A stretch of 64,000 nucleotides of DNA from an uncultured Gemmatimonadaceae bacterium (GCA_963716745.1 OY970320.1:96001-160000), one strand, 5' to 3'. Counted from the stretch's first letter, positions 35,456-46,897 are shown. Notes: generated by a model from the letters alone, not told the origin. Made by a program: numbers and translations.

Positions 35456-36704
35456 ATGCCCGTGCTCCATCTCGATACCGGCAACACCGGCTTCATGCTC
35501 CTGTGCTCGAGCCTCGTCATGCTCATGACGCCGGGGCTCGCGTTCTTCTACGGCGGACTCGTGGGCCGGAAGAACGTCCTCGCGATCATGATGCAGAGCT
35601 TCGCGAGCATGGGCTGGACGACGGTGCTCTGGTGGGCGTTCGGCTTCTCGATGTGCTTCAGCGGCGATCTCAAGAGCGGCACCGACTTCGCGGGGATCAT
35701 CGGGAATTTTCATTGGGCGTTCTTGAGCGGCGTGTCGCTCGTCACACCGGCGCCCGCGAACGACACCATCCCGCTCTTCGTGTTCTTCGGCTACCAGATG
35801 ATGTTCGCGATCATCACGCCGGCGCTGATCACCGGCGCCTTCGCGAACCGGGTTCGCTTCCCGGCGTACATGATCTTCCTCACGCTCTGGCTGGTGTTCG
35901 TGTATTTCCCGTTCGTGCACATGATCTGGGGCGGCGGACTCATGGCGAGCTGGGGCGTGCTCGACTTCGCGGGCGGCATCGTGGTGCACAACATTGCCGG
36001 CATCGCGGCGCTCGCATCGGTGCTCTATGTGGGCCGGCGCCGCGTGATGGACAGCGGGCCGCACTCCATCCCGTTGGTCGCACTCGGCACGGGTCTCCTC
36101 TGGTTCGGCTGGTACGGATTCAACGCGGGCAGCGAACTGCGCGTGGACACCGTGACCGCCGTCGCATTCATCAACACGGATCTCGCGGCGAGTTTCGCGG
36201 CGGTGACGTGGCTCTTCATTGAGTGGCGTACCACGGGGAAGCCGAAGTTCGTCGGGTTGCTCACCGGATCCGTGGCCGGCCTCGCGACGATCACGCCGGC
36301 GGCGGGCTACGTGTCGCCCACGTCCGCCGTGATCATCGGCGTGCTCTCCGGCATTCGTCTGCTTCTACGCCGTGGCGCTCAAGAACAAATTGCGCTGGGA
36401 CGACGCGCTCGACGTCTGGGGCGTGCATGGCGTCGGCGGCTTCCTCGGCATCCTCTCGTGCGGTGCGTTCGCGAGCCTCGCGTTCAACCCCGCCGGCGCC
36501 GACGGATTGTTCAATGGGAACTCGCATTTCTTCCTCGTGCAGCTCGGCGCCGTGTGTCTCTCGAGTGTGTGGGCGTTCGTGTTCACGTACGGCATGCTGT
36601 GGGTGATCGACCGCATCACGCCGGTGAAGGTCGGCGAGGAAGGGGAGACCGCGGGCCTCGATCAGTCGCTGCACGGCGAGGTGGCCTACATCGAGGCGCT
36701 CTAG
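35456..36704 (+). CDS. amt: Ammonium transporter; frameshift near 36356
   Basis: MTPGLAFFYGG, DFAGGIVVH, LLWFGWYGFNAGS, GLATITPAAG; second frame DDALDVWGVHGVGG, GLD...HGE. Confidence 0.95.
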
Positions 36705-36966
36705 GCGAGATCCAGTTGTTCCCGTTCCGTTGGGACGCCGAGTTCGTTGTAGCGGACAATGGGAAGCCATTTCCGCCCGCGGACATTGTCGTGGGCCGAA
36801 TAGACTCGCTCTTGGCCTATACGGGCCACTACGAGACCTCTCGCGCGCATTCGACGCTTGATTACGCGAGCACTCCATTCCGTCGGGGGTTGCTCTTCAA
36901 CCCGGTCGAGCAAAATCGGGTGCGCCGCGCATTCTGGAACGGCAACTTCCAGAATGTCGCAGGGCT

Positions 36967-37252
36967 CATGGACCGCGGCTCGATCCGCATCACGGATGTC
37001 TCGGGCGGCCTCGAGGTCCACGTGCACTACGATCTCAGGCGCTCTTCCGTGAGCTGGACGATATTCGGCGTCTTCATCTCGTTCGCTCTTTGGAAGTTCG
37101 AGGTTGCGGTCGCGGTCATTGTGGCGTTCATCGCGGTCTGGTGCTCGCTCGCAGTTCTCTTCGCGTGGAGCGGCGTTCGCACGCTCCCTCGTTCGATCCG
37201 CCGGATCGCGAACGGCGATTTCCCCAGAGGGCCGGTCAGCGAGCTTATTTAG
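36967..37252 (+). CDS. Hypothetical membrane protein (start uncertain, may extend to ~36750)
   Basis: Open frame with two hydrophobic segments; stop overlaps convergent gene. Confidence 0.4.
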
Positions 37253-37557
37253 CGGCTGTCGGGCGGTCTGCGCCGAGGCCAGTCAGGGACGACCTTGATC
37301 CTCGAAGTCGGCGCTTCCATGCTGCGCGCGAGTCGGGGTATCAGGGCGTAGAACAGATACAAGAACGCCGCGAGCAGGAGCACGTTCACCACGCCGCGCG
37401 GCGAGGCGAGATCCCGACCGCCGCGTGCGAGCTCGCTGTATGCAACGCCGACGAAGCACGAGAGCCCGACGAGCTGAAGCGTTCTTCCAACCAGTTGTCG
37501 CCTTAGAGAGACGCGGACGGGCGCGGCGGGCTCCGGGGTGCTCTGGAGATCGTTCAC
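37249..37557 (-). CDS. Small membrane protein
   Basis: Two TM segments; TATCAT -10 six nt upstream of GTG. Confidence 0.5.
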   Translation of the reverse strand: MNDLQSTPEPAAPVRVSLRRQLVGRTLQLVGLSCFVGVAYSELARGGRDLASPRGVVNVLLLAAFLYLFYALIPRLARSMEAPTSRIKVVPDWPRRRPPDSR

Positions 37558-37715
37558 ACTAGGATGATACCGCAACCATTGCGATCTGTCCAAGAGCCAC
37601 CGTTTTCTCCTCCGCTTCCCAGGCGTTACTAACATTTGTCAACCCTAACTTGGCCTTATCGGGAACTATTCCGGCCCGGGCCGGTACGTGAGACGTCCCC
37701 TACCAGGAGGGCCGT

Positions 37716-38111
37716 GTGTCCCATTCAAAGACTCTAGCACTGGCCGTGCTCACTGCCGCGATCGCGGCGTGCGGCGGCGGATCCAACGTAACAGGCGGCG
37801 GCGGTGGCGGCGGTGGTGGTGGCGGTGGCGGCGGTGGATGCTCCGGTACGAACGATTCTCCCGCGTTGTGCGACAATCACTACTCGCCTGCGACGATCAC
37901 GGTGAATCACGGCCAGACGCTCACGTTCACGTGGAAGGGGAATAACCAACACAGCGTCACGTCGATCTCGGCGGGGCTGACGATGGACTCCGGGATCAAC
38001 GGCAACGGGCATACCTTCTCTCACACGTTCAATGAAGCGGCGGGCACCTATGACATCGAATGTTCGGTGCACGGCGCCGCGATGACGGGGACTATCACTA
38101 TTAATCCGTGA
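37716..38111 (+). CDS. Cupredoxin (plastocyanin-like, type-1 copper) lipoprotein
   Basis: RBS AGGAGG; lipobox IAAC; poly-Gly linker; YSPATITV, QHSV (His), CSVHGAAM (Cys, His, Met). Confidence 0.88.
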   Translation: MSHSKTLALAVLTAAIAACGGGSNVTGGGGGGGGGGGGGGGCSGTNDSPALCDNHYSPATITVNHGQTLTFTWKGNNQHSVTSISAGLTMDSGINGNGHTFSHTFNEAAGTYDIECSVHGAAMTGTITINP

Positions 38112-38124
38112 ACTGAGACCGCGA

Positions 38125-38148
38125 GCGCGCCGGGAAATCCGGCGCGCC
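38125..38148 (+). terminator. GC-rich hairpin after cupredoxin gene
   Basis: GCGCGCCGG-gaaat-CCGGCGCGC; no clear U-tract. Confidence 0.5.
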
Positions 38149-38187
38149 GCCTCAGTGCGCCCCTGGCGCGTGTGCTAACTTTCCCCC

Positions 38188-39601
38188 GTGCACACGCTCC
38201 GCGTTCTGCTTGCGCTCGGCCCCTTCGCGGTGTCCTTCCTCCGCGACCGCCACCGGTGGGTATGGTGGGGGGCGCCCATTGAGCGCACTGACGCCGATCA
38301 CGCGCGGCGCGCCGACCAACTCGTCGCCACGATCATCCGGCTGGGCCCCACCTTCGTGAAAATGGCGCAGGTGTTCGCCGCGCGCGCCGATCTCATTCCC
38401 GAGCCCTACCTCGGCGAGCTCGGCGCGCCTCATCGACCAAGTGCCCGGCGTACCATTCGCCACGGTCGAGCGCGTGATCGCCGAGAGTTACTCCGGCGCG
38501 CGACGTCGACGCGCTCTTCGAGGAATTCGAACGCATGCCCGTCGCGGCCGCATCGCTCGGCCAGGTGCATCGCGCGCGCTACCACGGTGAGACTGTCGCC
38601 GTGAAAGTGCTGCGGCCGCACGTGGAGCACGCCGTGCGCAGCGATCTCGCCGCCGCGCGCCGGATACTCGGCTGGGTGGAGCGCTGGTGGGACCACCCGC
38701 ACGTGAAGCGCGTGCGCGTGGTGCTCAACGAGTTCGAGCTGCGCATCGGCGAGGAGATGGATTTCCGGCTCGAGGCCGAGTATGCGCACCGAGATCGCGC
38801 GCGAACTTCGCGGGGAACCCGAATGTGATCGTGCCGCGCGTGGTGAGCGAGATGACGCGCCAGCGCGTGCTGGTCATGGAGTTCGTGGAAGGCACGCGCA
38901 TCGACCGGCTCGATGCGTCGCGCGTGGACGTGTCGCGCGTCGTCGCGACGCTCGTGGAACTGTACGTGCAGATGATGCTCGATCGACGGGCTCTTCCACG
39001 CCGACCCGCATCCCGGGAATCTCATGGTGTCCCCCGACGGGCGGATCGTGCTCCTCGATTTCGGCATGACCGTACGCGTGCCGCTCGAGACGCGCCGCGC
39101 GCTGATGCACACGTCGCATCGCCGCGATCCGGCGTGACCCGGCGGCCATCGCGGCGGGCTTCGAAGAGCTCGGACTCATCGCGCCCGGCACCGATCCGGC
39201 CACCGTGCGGTGGCTCGCCGACCTGCTCATCACGAACGCGTACTCGCGCACTACCACGCAGGAGCGCATCGACGCGCTGCTGGCCGACCGCGTGATGAAG
39301 ACGCTGTTCGATTTCCCGGTGATCCTGCCACAGCACCTCGTGTACTTCGGGCGCACGGCGGCGCTCATCGAAGGCGTGGGCACGCGCTACGATCCCTATT
39401 TCCAGGCGATCCCGGTGGCGAGTCCGGTCATCCTCCGCATGCGCTCGCGCATCCTGCGCTCGCTCGGCGAGCCGTCCACGCCGAGCGTCGCCGAAGTGGT
39501 CACGCTCCTTGGCGACGTCGCCGAGCGGCTGGCGCGATGGGTGGGCACGCTGGTATCGTCGTGGAACGGCAATTCACATCAGAACGGGAGATCGGAGATG
39601 A
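38188..39601 (+). CDS. AarF/ABC1/UbiB-family atypical kinase; several frameshifts, 3' end uncertain
   Basis: [58 protein letters not shown] across successive frames. Confidence 0.85.
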
Positions 39602-40212
39602 AGAAGCTCACCGGCCGCGCAATTTTGGTGGTGCTCGCCTCTGCAATGCTGAGCGGCGTCGCGTGGTCGCAGACTGCGGCGGCCTCGCTGCCTACCGTGC
39701 AGCAGCAGATCGCGGCGGCCGTGCTACCGCTCCCCAAGACGATGCGCGATTCCGCGACCGTGATGGGCTATCGCAGCGCGGACAAGCTCGAGGTGATCCG
39801 GAAGGGATCGAACGGCATGACGTGCCTCGCACTCTTCGCCGTGGAGAAGGAATTCCACGCGGCGTGCTACCAGAACGGGATGGAGGCGTTCATGGCACGC
39901 GGGCGGCAGCTGCGAGCGCAGGGCGTGAAGACCACGGCCGGTGTGGACAGCGTGCGCTTCGCCGAAGTGAAGAGCGGCAAGCTCAAAGTTCCCAAGCAGG
40001 CGATGCTGTACCAGATCTTCGGCAGCGACTCGAGCTGGGACCGCGCGACGAACAAGGTGACCGGCGCGCAGATGCTGCTCGTGCTCTACATGCCCTTCGC
40101 GACCGAAGCGAGCACCGGACTCTCGGCCGTGCCATCGGCGACCGGCCCGTGGATCATGTTCCCGGGCACGCCCAAGGCGCATATGATGCTGAGCGGGAGC
40201 ATGAATCCGTAG
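39598..40212 (+). CDS. Exported hypothetical protein
   Basis: GGAG upstream of MKK start, signal peptide to AWS-Q; QIAAAVLPLP, GPWIMFPGTPKAH. Confidence 0.7.
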   Translation: MKKLTGRAILVVLASAMLSGVAWSQTAAASLPTVQQQIAAAVLPLPKTMRDSATVMGYRSADKLEVIRKGSNGMTCLALFAVEKEFHAACYQNGMEAFMARGRQLRAQGVKTTAGVDSVRFAEVKSGKLKVPKQAMLYQIFGSDSSWDRATNKVTGAQMLLVLYMPFATEASTGLSAVPSATGPWIMFPGTPKAHMMLSGSMNP

Positions 40213-40227
40213 CGGATATGCGCTCGC

Positions 40228-40986
40228 TCACGGGACGAAGGTGTTCCCGTCCCAGATCGCGATCGCCAGCCCATAGCCCGCGCCTTTCTGCAGGGAGTAC
40301 GCCCGTGAGGCGAGCAGGCGCTGCGCGTTCGTGAGAGCCGTCGCATTCGCGAAACGGAAGTAACGCGTCGGCTCGTTCACCCAGAATCCGTTGGCCTGCT
40401 GCTGCCAGCCGTGTACGTCGGCCGCTACGGCGATCGCCGTGATCCCCGCGATGCCGGAGAGCTCCTGCACGATGCCGGGACAGAAATCCGCGGTCTCGCG
40501 CGGCGACCCGCAAGTGAGCGCGAATGTGTTCGCCTGGACGCGCATCGTGGAGGCATACCTCAGACTCGCCATCTCCGACGCTCGCACGCGAGTGATGTTG
40601 ATGTGCGCATCGGTCACTTCGACGCGGAACGTGCTCGTGTCGCGATTCACGACGCTGAGCGAATAGCTCCCGTTCGCAAGCGTGACCTCCCTGCGGCCCA
40701 TGGCGGGCGTGACCGTGGGCGGGCAGGGCCCGGACAGCGCGCGCGCGGTGAACGGTCCGAGCACGATCGTCCCTCCGCTAACGCTCAACGTCACGTCGAG
40801 CGTCGCGCACTGATGGATCTCCACGGTTTCATAGACGAAGCGCATTACCGGTGCGCGGCCCGGAGCGCCGCGCATCTCCGATAGCTCGAAGCTCACCGGC
40901 CCCACGGCGTCGGCGGATTGTGCGACTCCCTCTCGCACTCCGATGCCCAGCGCTCCAACAAGTGCAACGATCGCACGAGCGTTCAT
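40228..40986 (-). CDS. Exported hypothetical protein
   Basis: GGAGG RBS; signal peptide MNARAIVALVGALGI; four Cys. Confidence 0.55.
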   Translation of the reverse strand: MNARAIVALVGALGIGVREGVAQSADAVGPVSFELSEMRGAPGRAPVMRFVYETVEIHQCATLDVTLSVSGGTIVLGPFTARALSGPCPPTVTPAMGRREVTLANGSYSLSVVNRDTSTFRVEVTDAHINITRVRASEMASLRYASTMRVQANTFALTCGSPRETADFCPGIVQELSGIAGITAIAVAADVHGWQQQANGFWVNEPTRYFRFANATALTNAQRLLASRAYSLQKGAGYGLAIAIWDGNTFVP

Positions 40987-41073
40987 GCCGATCCTCCATT
41001 TCGCGGCCCGACGGAAGGACGCGCGAAACGCCTCATCTTGCACACGGCATGCCAATAGCCGACGCCGGATGCA

Positions 41074-43104
41074 CTACGGATGGACCGTCGTCGTTCCTCC
41101 GATGTGATCGCGCACCCACTCCACCCATAACCGCGCGCGCTCCTTCGCGTTCACCGGGTCGCCCGATGCGTGCGCGCGCCCCACGAATCCCACGAACTTC
41201 GTCTCCACGCCGTTGTCCTTCATCGCGCGGTAGAGCGCGAAGGCCTGTGACGGCGGCACGCGGAAGTCCTCCATGTTCGACATCACGAGCGTCGGCGCGG
41301 TGATGTTCCTCGCGTACGTGATCGGCGACTGCTCACGGTACGCCTTCTCGCGCCCGCCCGTCCACGGCGAGCCGCCGAACAGGTACCGGATCGCGATGTT
41401 GCCGTCGCCCAGATTGTACATGTCTTCCCAATTGGTGACCGGCGCGCCCGCCATCGCGGCCTTCCATTCGGACGGATAATTGCCCAGCAGCCAACTCGTC
41501 ATGTATCCGCCGTAGCTCCAGCCGGTGACGGCGGTACGCGTCTTGTCCACGTAGGCGCGCTGCCGAAGCATGGCGACGCCGGCCATCACATCCTTCCCGG
41601 GGCCGGACCCGGCGTCGCCGACGATCGCCGCTTGATACGTGTTGCCCAGATTGTCGCTGCCGCGATAGTTCGGCGAGAACACGACCCAGCCTTCGGCCGC
41701 CATCAACTGTGCGAGCGAGCTGAAGCTGAGCTTCGACGCGCTCGTCGGACCACCGTGGATGAGCAGGACGAGCGGATACTTGCCCGACGGCGAGAATCCG
41801 GGTGGCAGCGTGATCGTGCCATCCTCGTCGAATCCGCTCGGCCCTTTCCAGGTGACGCGCTCCATCGCGCCCCACGCGACATCAGAAGCCCATGCGTTGA
41901 AGTCGGTCAAGCGCTTGGGCGTGCCCGCAGCGGAGGTCATGACGTAGAGTTCCGACGGCCGTCCGCCGCTCGTGGCGACGAACACGATCGCGCCGCTCTT
42001 CGCGACGGTCAGCTCGTAACCGAACGCGCCGTTCACGACGAGGTCGCCTAACTCGAGGCGCTTCGCCGGCGAGCCATCCACCGGCTGCACCCACACGCCC
42101 ACGCTCGTGCGGTCGTTCCCCGCGACGACGAGCGCCTTGCTGTCCGCCGTCCATTCTGCGCCGTACAGGTTCCGGTCGATCGCGCGCGTGATGCTCTTGC
42201 CCGTGCCGCCGGTGCTCGCCACCACATGCACTTCGTTCACCCATCCGGCCTCGCCGTTCCCATCGCGCGGCTGCCAGTAGGCGATCATCTTGCCGTCCGG
42301 CGAATACACCGGGTTGTTCTCGAAGCGGCGCGCGCTGGTGAGCGGCGTGATGGTTCCCGTCGCCACATCGAGGATGCGCACGCTCACCGAGTCGAGCTTC
42401 CCGCTCTCGGGCGCGGGCACGTGTGCGAACGCGATGCGCGCACCATCGGGGCTCCAGCTCAGTCCTGACGGCGGGCTGCCGGGCGGGAGCACGAACTCGA
42501 GCGTCCAGGCGCCGCTCGTGAGGCGCTTCGCCTCGCCGCCGATGGTGGGCACGAGCCAAATGTGCTGCGGCGTGAGCGGTTTCGTGAGGAACATGTCCTG
42601 CGCGCCCACCGTGAAGGTCGTGAGGTACTTCGCTTCGCCGGTCCGCTTCGCCGACTCGTCGTCCGCGGCGAAGGCGATCGCGCCGCCGTCGGGACGCCAG
42701 GAGTACATGTTCACGCCCGTCGGCGACGCGGTGAGTTGGCGCGCTTCACCGCCGGCCGCGGGGAGGAGCCAGATCTGGCCGTGCATCGCGGAGTCGGGGG
42801 CGACGAACGCGATCGTCTTTCCGTCCGGGCTCCAGTGCGGATCGTGCGCCGCGTGGCGCGCGGTGAGCGCGCGTGGAGCGCCGCCGGCGATGTCCACCGC
42901 CCAGATATCGGCCTCGTTCTTGTCGGTCGTGAAGTTCGGTCGCGAGACGACGAAGACGACCGTCTTCCCATCGGGCGACACGTCGGGCGAGGCGACGCCG
43001 ACGATCTTCGCGAACTGGTCGAGTGTGAACTTGTTCTGCGCACTCACGGACGACCGGGCGGCCGAAGCGAGCAGCGCAACGGCGAGAACGAGGCGACGCG
43101 ACAT
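41074..43104 (-). CDS. Secreted S9-family peptidase (acylaminoacyl/dipeptidyl aminopeptidase-like)
   Basis: Signal peptide; PD40 repeats (WSPDGK); IHGGP, NYRGS, GWSYGG nucleophile, D.RVP, His. Confidence 0.93.
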   Translation of the reverse strand: MSRRLVLAVALLASAARSSVSAQNKFTLDQFAKIVGVASPDVSPDGKTVVFVVSRPNFTTDKNEADIWAVDIAGGAPRALTARHAAHDPHWSPDGKTIAFVAPDSAMHGQIWLLPAAGGEARQLTASPTGVNMYSWRPDGGAIAFAADDESAKRTGEAKYLTTFTVGAQDMFLTKPLTPQHIWLVPTIGGEAKRLTSGAWTLEFVLPPGSPPSGLSWSPDGARIAFAHVPAPESGKLDSVSVRILDVATGTITPLTSARRFENNPVYSPDGKMIAYWQPRDGNGEAGWVNEVHVVASTGGTGKSITRAIDRNLYGAEWTADSKALVVAGNDRTSVGVWVQPVDGSPAKRLELGDLVVNGAFGYELTVAKSGAIVFVATSGGRPSELYVMTSAAGTPKRLTDFNAWASDVAWGAMERVTWKGPSGFDEDGTITLPPGFSPSGKYPLVLLIHGGPTSASKLSFSSLAQLMAAEGWVVFSPNYRGSDNLGNTYQAAIVGDAGSGPGKDVMAGVAMLRQRAYVDKTRTAVTGWSYGGYMTSWLLGNYPSEWKAAMAGAPVTNWEDMYNLGDGNIAIRYLFGGSPWTGGREKAYREQSPITYARNITAPTLVMSNMEDFRVPPSQAFALYRAMKDNGVETKFVGFVGRAHASGDPVNAKERARLWVEWVRDHIGGTTTVHP

Positions 43105-43219
43105 GGGCGGATCTCCGATCGGGTGAAGCCGCCGGCCGGCGGCGCTCCAACGTTACGCCAAGTCGCTGCCGCCGGCGAGGAGCGCTAGATTGGTCCCACA
43201 CTTCTTCCGGGATCTCCGC

Positions 43220-45301
43220 ATGCGCCTGTACCGCTTCGCCATCGTCTCTGTCGCTCTTGCCGCCGCATCCGTCGCGCGCGCGCAGACCCCCGCGCCCGCC
43301 GATTCGTTCGCTTGGCTCTCCGACGTGCGCGGCGCGAAGCCCATGGCGTGGGTCGAGGCGCAGAACAAGACGACGCTCGCCGCGCTGCAGGCAGCCCCGG
43401 TGTACGACTCGCTCTACCGCCGCATCCTCCAGGTGCTCAGCTCGAACAAGCGCATCGCCTATCCTGATCAGATGGGCAAGTATCTCTACAATTTCTGGCA
43501 GGACAGCACGCACCCACGCGGCATTTGGCGGCGCACCACGCCGGCCTCGTACGCCGCCGCTGCTCCCGCGTGGGAGACGATCATCGATGTCGATGCGCTC
43601 TCGAAGAGCGAGAACGCCACGTGGGCCTGGAAGGGCGCGAACTGCCTGCCGCCCGAATACCGGCATTGCCTCGTGAGTCTCTCGCGCGGCGGCGGCGACG
43701 CCGTGGAAGTGCGCGAATTCGACGCGAACACGCGCCGTTTCGTGGCCGGCGGCTTCCATCTGCCCGAGGGGAAGAGTTCCACCGCGTGGCAGGATCAGAA
43801 CACGCTCCTCGTCTCCACCGATTTCGGTGACAGCAGCATGACGACGTCCGGCTATCCTCGCATCGCAAAGCTCTGGAAGCGCGGCACGCCACTCAGCGCC
43901 GCGACCACGCTCTTCGAGGGGAAGACCACGGACGTATGGGTGTTCGTGGGCGCGAATTACGCCGGCGGGCATACGATCCCCGTCGTCAACAACGGGATCA
44001 CCTTCTTCACGACCGTGAACCGCGTGCTCCGCGACGGCAAGCTGGTGCTGCTCGAGATCCCGCAGGACGCGGACTACGGTTTCGTGGGCGACCGCCTCAT
44101 TGTCTACCTCCGCACGCCGTGGACGGTGAGCGGCAGCACATACGCCGAGGGCGCATTGCTGAGCATCGGCGCGAACGACTTCTTCGCCGGCAAGCGCGAC
44201 TTCACGACCATCCTTGCGCCCACCGACAAGATCGCGATCGACGGCTTCTCCACCACGAAGGACTACGTGCTGGTGTCGCTGCTCAACAACGTGAATGCCG
44301 AGCTGCACCGCTACGCGTTCCACGATGGCAAGTGGACCGGCTCGCGGCTTCCCGCGCCATCGTTCGGCAACGTGTCGGTGCGCAGCACCGATCCCGTGAG
44401 CGACGAGTTCTATTTCAGCTACGACTCCTTCCTGAGCCCTACGACGCTCTACGCTGTGTCGCCGGCGGGGAAGAGCACGATGGTGAAGCAGCTGCCGGCT
44501 CTGTTCAACGCCAATGGCCTCGAGACGACGCAGCTCGAAGCGACGAGCGCCGACGGCACGCAGGTGCCGTATTTCATCGTGATGAAGAAGGGACTCGCGA
44601 GGGACGGGAACAATCCCACGCTGCTGCGGGCGTACGGAGGTTTCCAGGTGTCGTCGCTGCCGAACTACAGCGCCACGACCGGTGCCGCATGGCTCGAGCG
44701 CGGCGGCGTGCTCGTGCTCGCCAACATTCGTGGCGGCGGCGAGTTCGGCCCCGCGTGGCATCGCGCCGCGCTCAAGGAGAACCGCCAGCGCGCGTACGAT
44801 GACTTCCTCGCGGTCGCGCAGGATCTCATCACGCGCAAGATCACCTCGCCCGCGCACCTGGGCATCAACGGCGGCAGCAACGGCGGCCTGTTGGTTGGTG
44901 TCGCGCTCACCGAAAAGCCGGAGCTGTTCGGCGCGGTGGTCTCCGCGGTGCCGCTGCTCGACATGTACGGTTACACCAAACTCCAGGCCGGGGCGAGCTG
45001 GATCGGCGAATACGGCGATCCGCAGATCCCCGAGCAGTGGGCATACATCTCCAAGTATTCGCCCTATCAGAACGTGTCGGCCACGAAGCAGTACCCGCCC
45101 GTGCTATTCACCACGACCACCGCCGACGATCGCGTGGGTCCGGTGCACGCGCGGAAGATGGCGGCGCTCATGGAATCGCAGGGGCACAAGGTGCTCTTCT
45201 TCGAGAACACCGAGGGCGGGCATGGCGCGGGCGACACGCCGGAGCAGCAGGCCACCTTCTGGGCGGTGACCTACACGTTCCTGGTCACCACGCTGCGGTA
45301 G
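43220..45301 (+). CDS. Secreted prolyl oligopeptidase (S9A)
   Basis: Signal peptide; YGGF, NIRGGGEFG..WH, GGSNGGLL, DDRV, GGHG. Confidence 0.95.
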   Translation: MRLYRFAIVSVALAAASVARAQTPAPADSFAWLSDVRGAKPMAWVEAQNKTTLAALQAAPVYDSLYRRILQVLSSNKRIAYPDQMGKYLYNFWQDSTHPRGIWRRTTPASYAAAAPAWETIIDVDALSKSENATWAWKGANCLPPEYRHCLVSLSRGGGDAVEVREFDANTRRFVAGGFHLPEGKSSTAWQDQNTLLVSTDFGDSSMTTSGYPRIAKLWKRGTPLSAATTLFEGKTTDVWVFVGANYAGGHTIPVVNNGITFFTTVNRVLRDGKLVLLEIPQDADYGFVGDRLIVYLRTPWTVSGSTYAEGALLSIGANDFFAGKRDFTTILAPTDKIAIDGFSTTKDYVLVSLLNNVNAELHRYAFHDGKWTGSRLPAPSFGNVSVRSTDPVSDEFYFSYDSFLSPTTLYAVSPAGKSTMVKQLPALFNANGLETTQLEATSADGTQVPYFIVMKKGLARDGNNPTLLRAYGGFQVSSLPNYSATTGAAWLERGGVLVLANIRGGGEFGPAWHRAALKENRQRAYDDFLAVAQDLITRKITSPAHLGINGGSNGGLLVGVALTEKPELFGAVVSAVPLLDMYGYTKLQAGASWIGEYGDPQIPEQWAYISKYSPYQNVSATKQYPPVLFTTTTADDRVGPVHARKMAALMESQGHKVLFFENTEGGHGAGDTPEQQATFWAVTYTFLVTTLR

Positions 45302-45304
45302 CGG

Positions 45305-46799
45305 TCAGTACTTCGCTTTCGCCAGCGCGGCGTCCACCCACCCGATCGCGTCGGGCGTGCGCGACCAGTCCACGTGCACGTCCGGCGGGATGCCGGTGCC
45401 GCGCATGCCCATGTACGGGAGGTCGGGCCGCGCGGTGATCACGGGGTAGCCGAGGTACCAGCGTTTGCCCGTGTCGCCCACGCGCACGATCGTCACGCTC
45501 ATGTAGTCGAGCGCGCCGGCGGTGTTCTGCCCGTACACGATCACGCGCATGCTGCGCCGCGCTTCGCGGAGGAAGACTTCTGCCGCGCTCACGGTGCCGC
45601 CGTCGATGAGCACGGCGACGCGCGCGGGTCCTCGCTCCACGGTGTCCACCCACATGCTGTCGGGCTTGATGCGGCTCACCGAATCCGTGGAGTCGCGCAG
45701 GCGGTCGAGATCATCGCTGAGCGGCACGAGCCCGCCGGGGCTCTCCGCAAGACGCGAGAGCACCCGCACGATCGACGCCGAATCGCTCGAGATGTTCTCG
45801 GAACGCTGTTCGACGTACTTGATGTTGTCGGGAGACGAGAGCATCTGCGGTTCGTCCGGCGGAACGTGCGCCGGCCTTTTCTCCGTGCTCATGATGAGCG
45901 GCAGCACCGTGTCCGTCACCCACGATGATCCGCCCTCGTTGCCGCGGATGTCGATGATCATCCGCGGCGCGCGGAGTATCGCGTCGCGATTCTTGTCCAC
46001 GATCGAGAAGAGCGCTTGGCGGTACGTGGGGTCGTTGGACGGGATCGAGAGTACCGCCGTGTTGCCGCGCCAGGTCAGCGTCGCGACCTCGGGCTGCTCG
46101 AGCGACACGAGTCCGGAGTCCGCAGCGGCCACCGGGAATTCCTTGGCCCACATTCCGGGATCGAAACGCAGCAATGTGTTCTTGTGGATGTGCGCGGTGG
46201 TGAACCGCTTCGATAGGTTCGCGCTCCACAGCGTGCCATCGTATTTGCCGTCGCTTCGGCGCGCGAATCGCGCCCGTACATCGCCCGCGTGCCACGTTGC
46301 GCTGTCCGGCGTGAGCACCACCGCCACGAAACGGCCGTCGCCGCCCGACGGAGCACGGACCACCGCGACGCGCAGTGCACCGTCCTTCCAGAATGCCCTC
46401 CACCGGATCGAGATGCTTCGCGTTCTTCGCGAGATATCGGCGCAGCGTATCCTCGGATACGGGCAGCCGCTCGAGGAACCCCGCCGTCGCCGCGCGCTTC
46501 GCGATCTCGAGCGTGTCGAGATACGTCTGCTGGAAGACGAACACATGCGGATCGTGGAACTGCTCGGCGTACGCGTTCAGCACGAAGTAACAATCGTCGC
46601 CCTGCGCGGCCGCCGCGCGAACGCGCAGCGCCGAGAGCGTGGAGTCGTACTGCGGGCGCCGCCGCGACCGTTTCACCTCGAGCACGAACCCCGCGTAGTT
46701 CGCCTCCGCCTTCGCCGCCATCCCGTCGAGCACCATGGAACACGAGGGCAGGGAATCAGAGCGGGCAGTGACAGCGAGCAGAAGAAGCGTCCCGAGCAC
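45305..46799 (-). CDS. Secreted S41-family peptidase; frameshift near 46398
   Basis: N-terminal EANYAGF, DPVEGIW; IIDIRGNEGG, TVSAAE, GQNTAG, GIPPD. Confidence 0.85.
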
Positions 46800-46865
46800 G
46801 GTGTCGTTCTCCGAGTGATTCGCGATGAGTACTACGTGGGAACCGCGAGGCGGATTCAGGGTGCA

Positions 46866-46897
46866 GTCTAGGTCTAACGTCTCAGTCTAGCGTCTGC
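46866..46897. repeat. TCTAG-family repeat, degenerate single arm (copy 2)
   Basis: GTCTAGGTCTAACGTCTCAGTCTAGCGTCTGC. Confidence 0.75.

Noticed and set aside
35456..37252. 598-aa Amt fusion in the ORF track
   Set aside because: Caused by the +1 indel near 36356; the true Amt C-terminus is in the 36372-36704 frame
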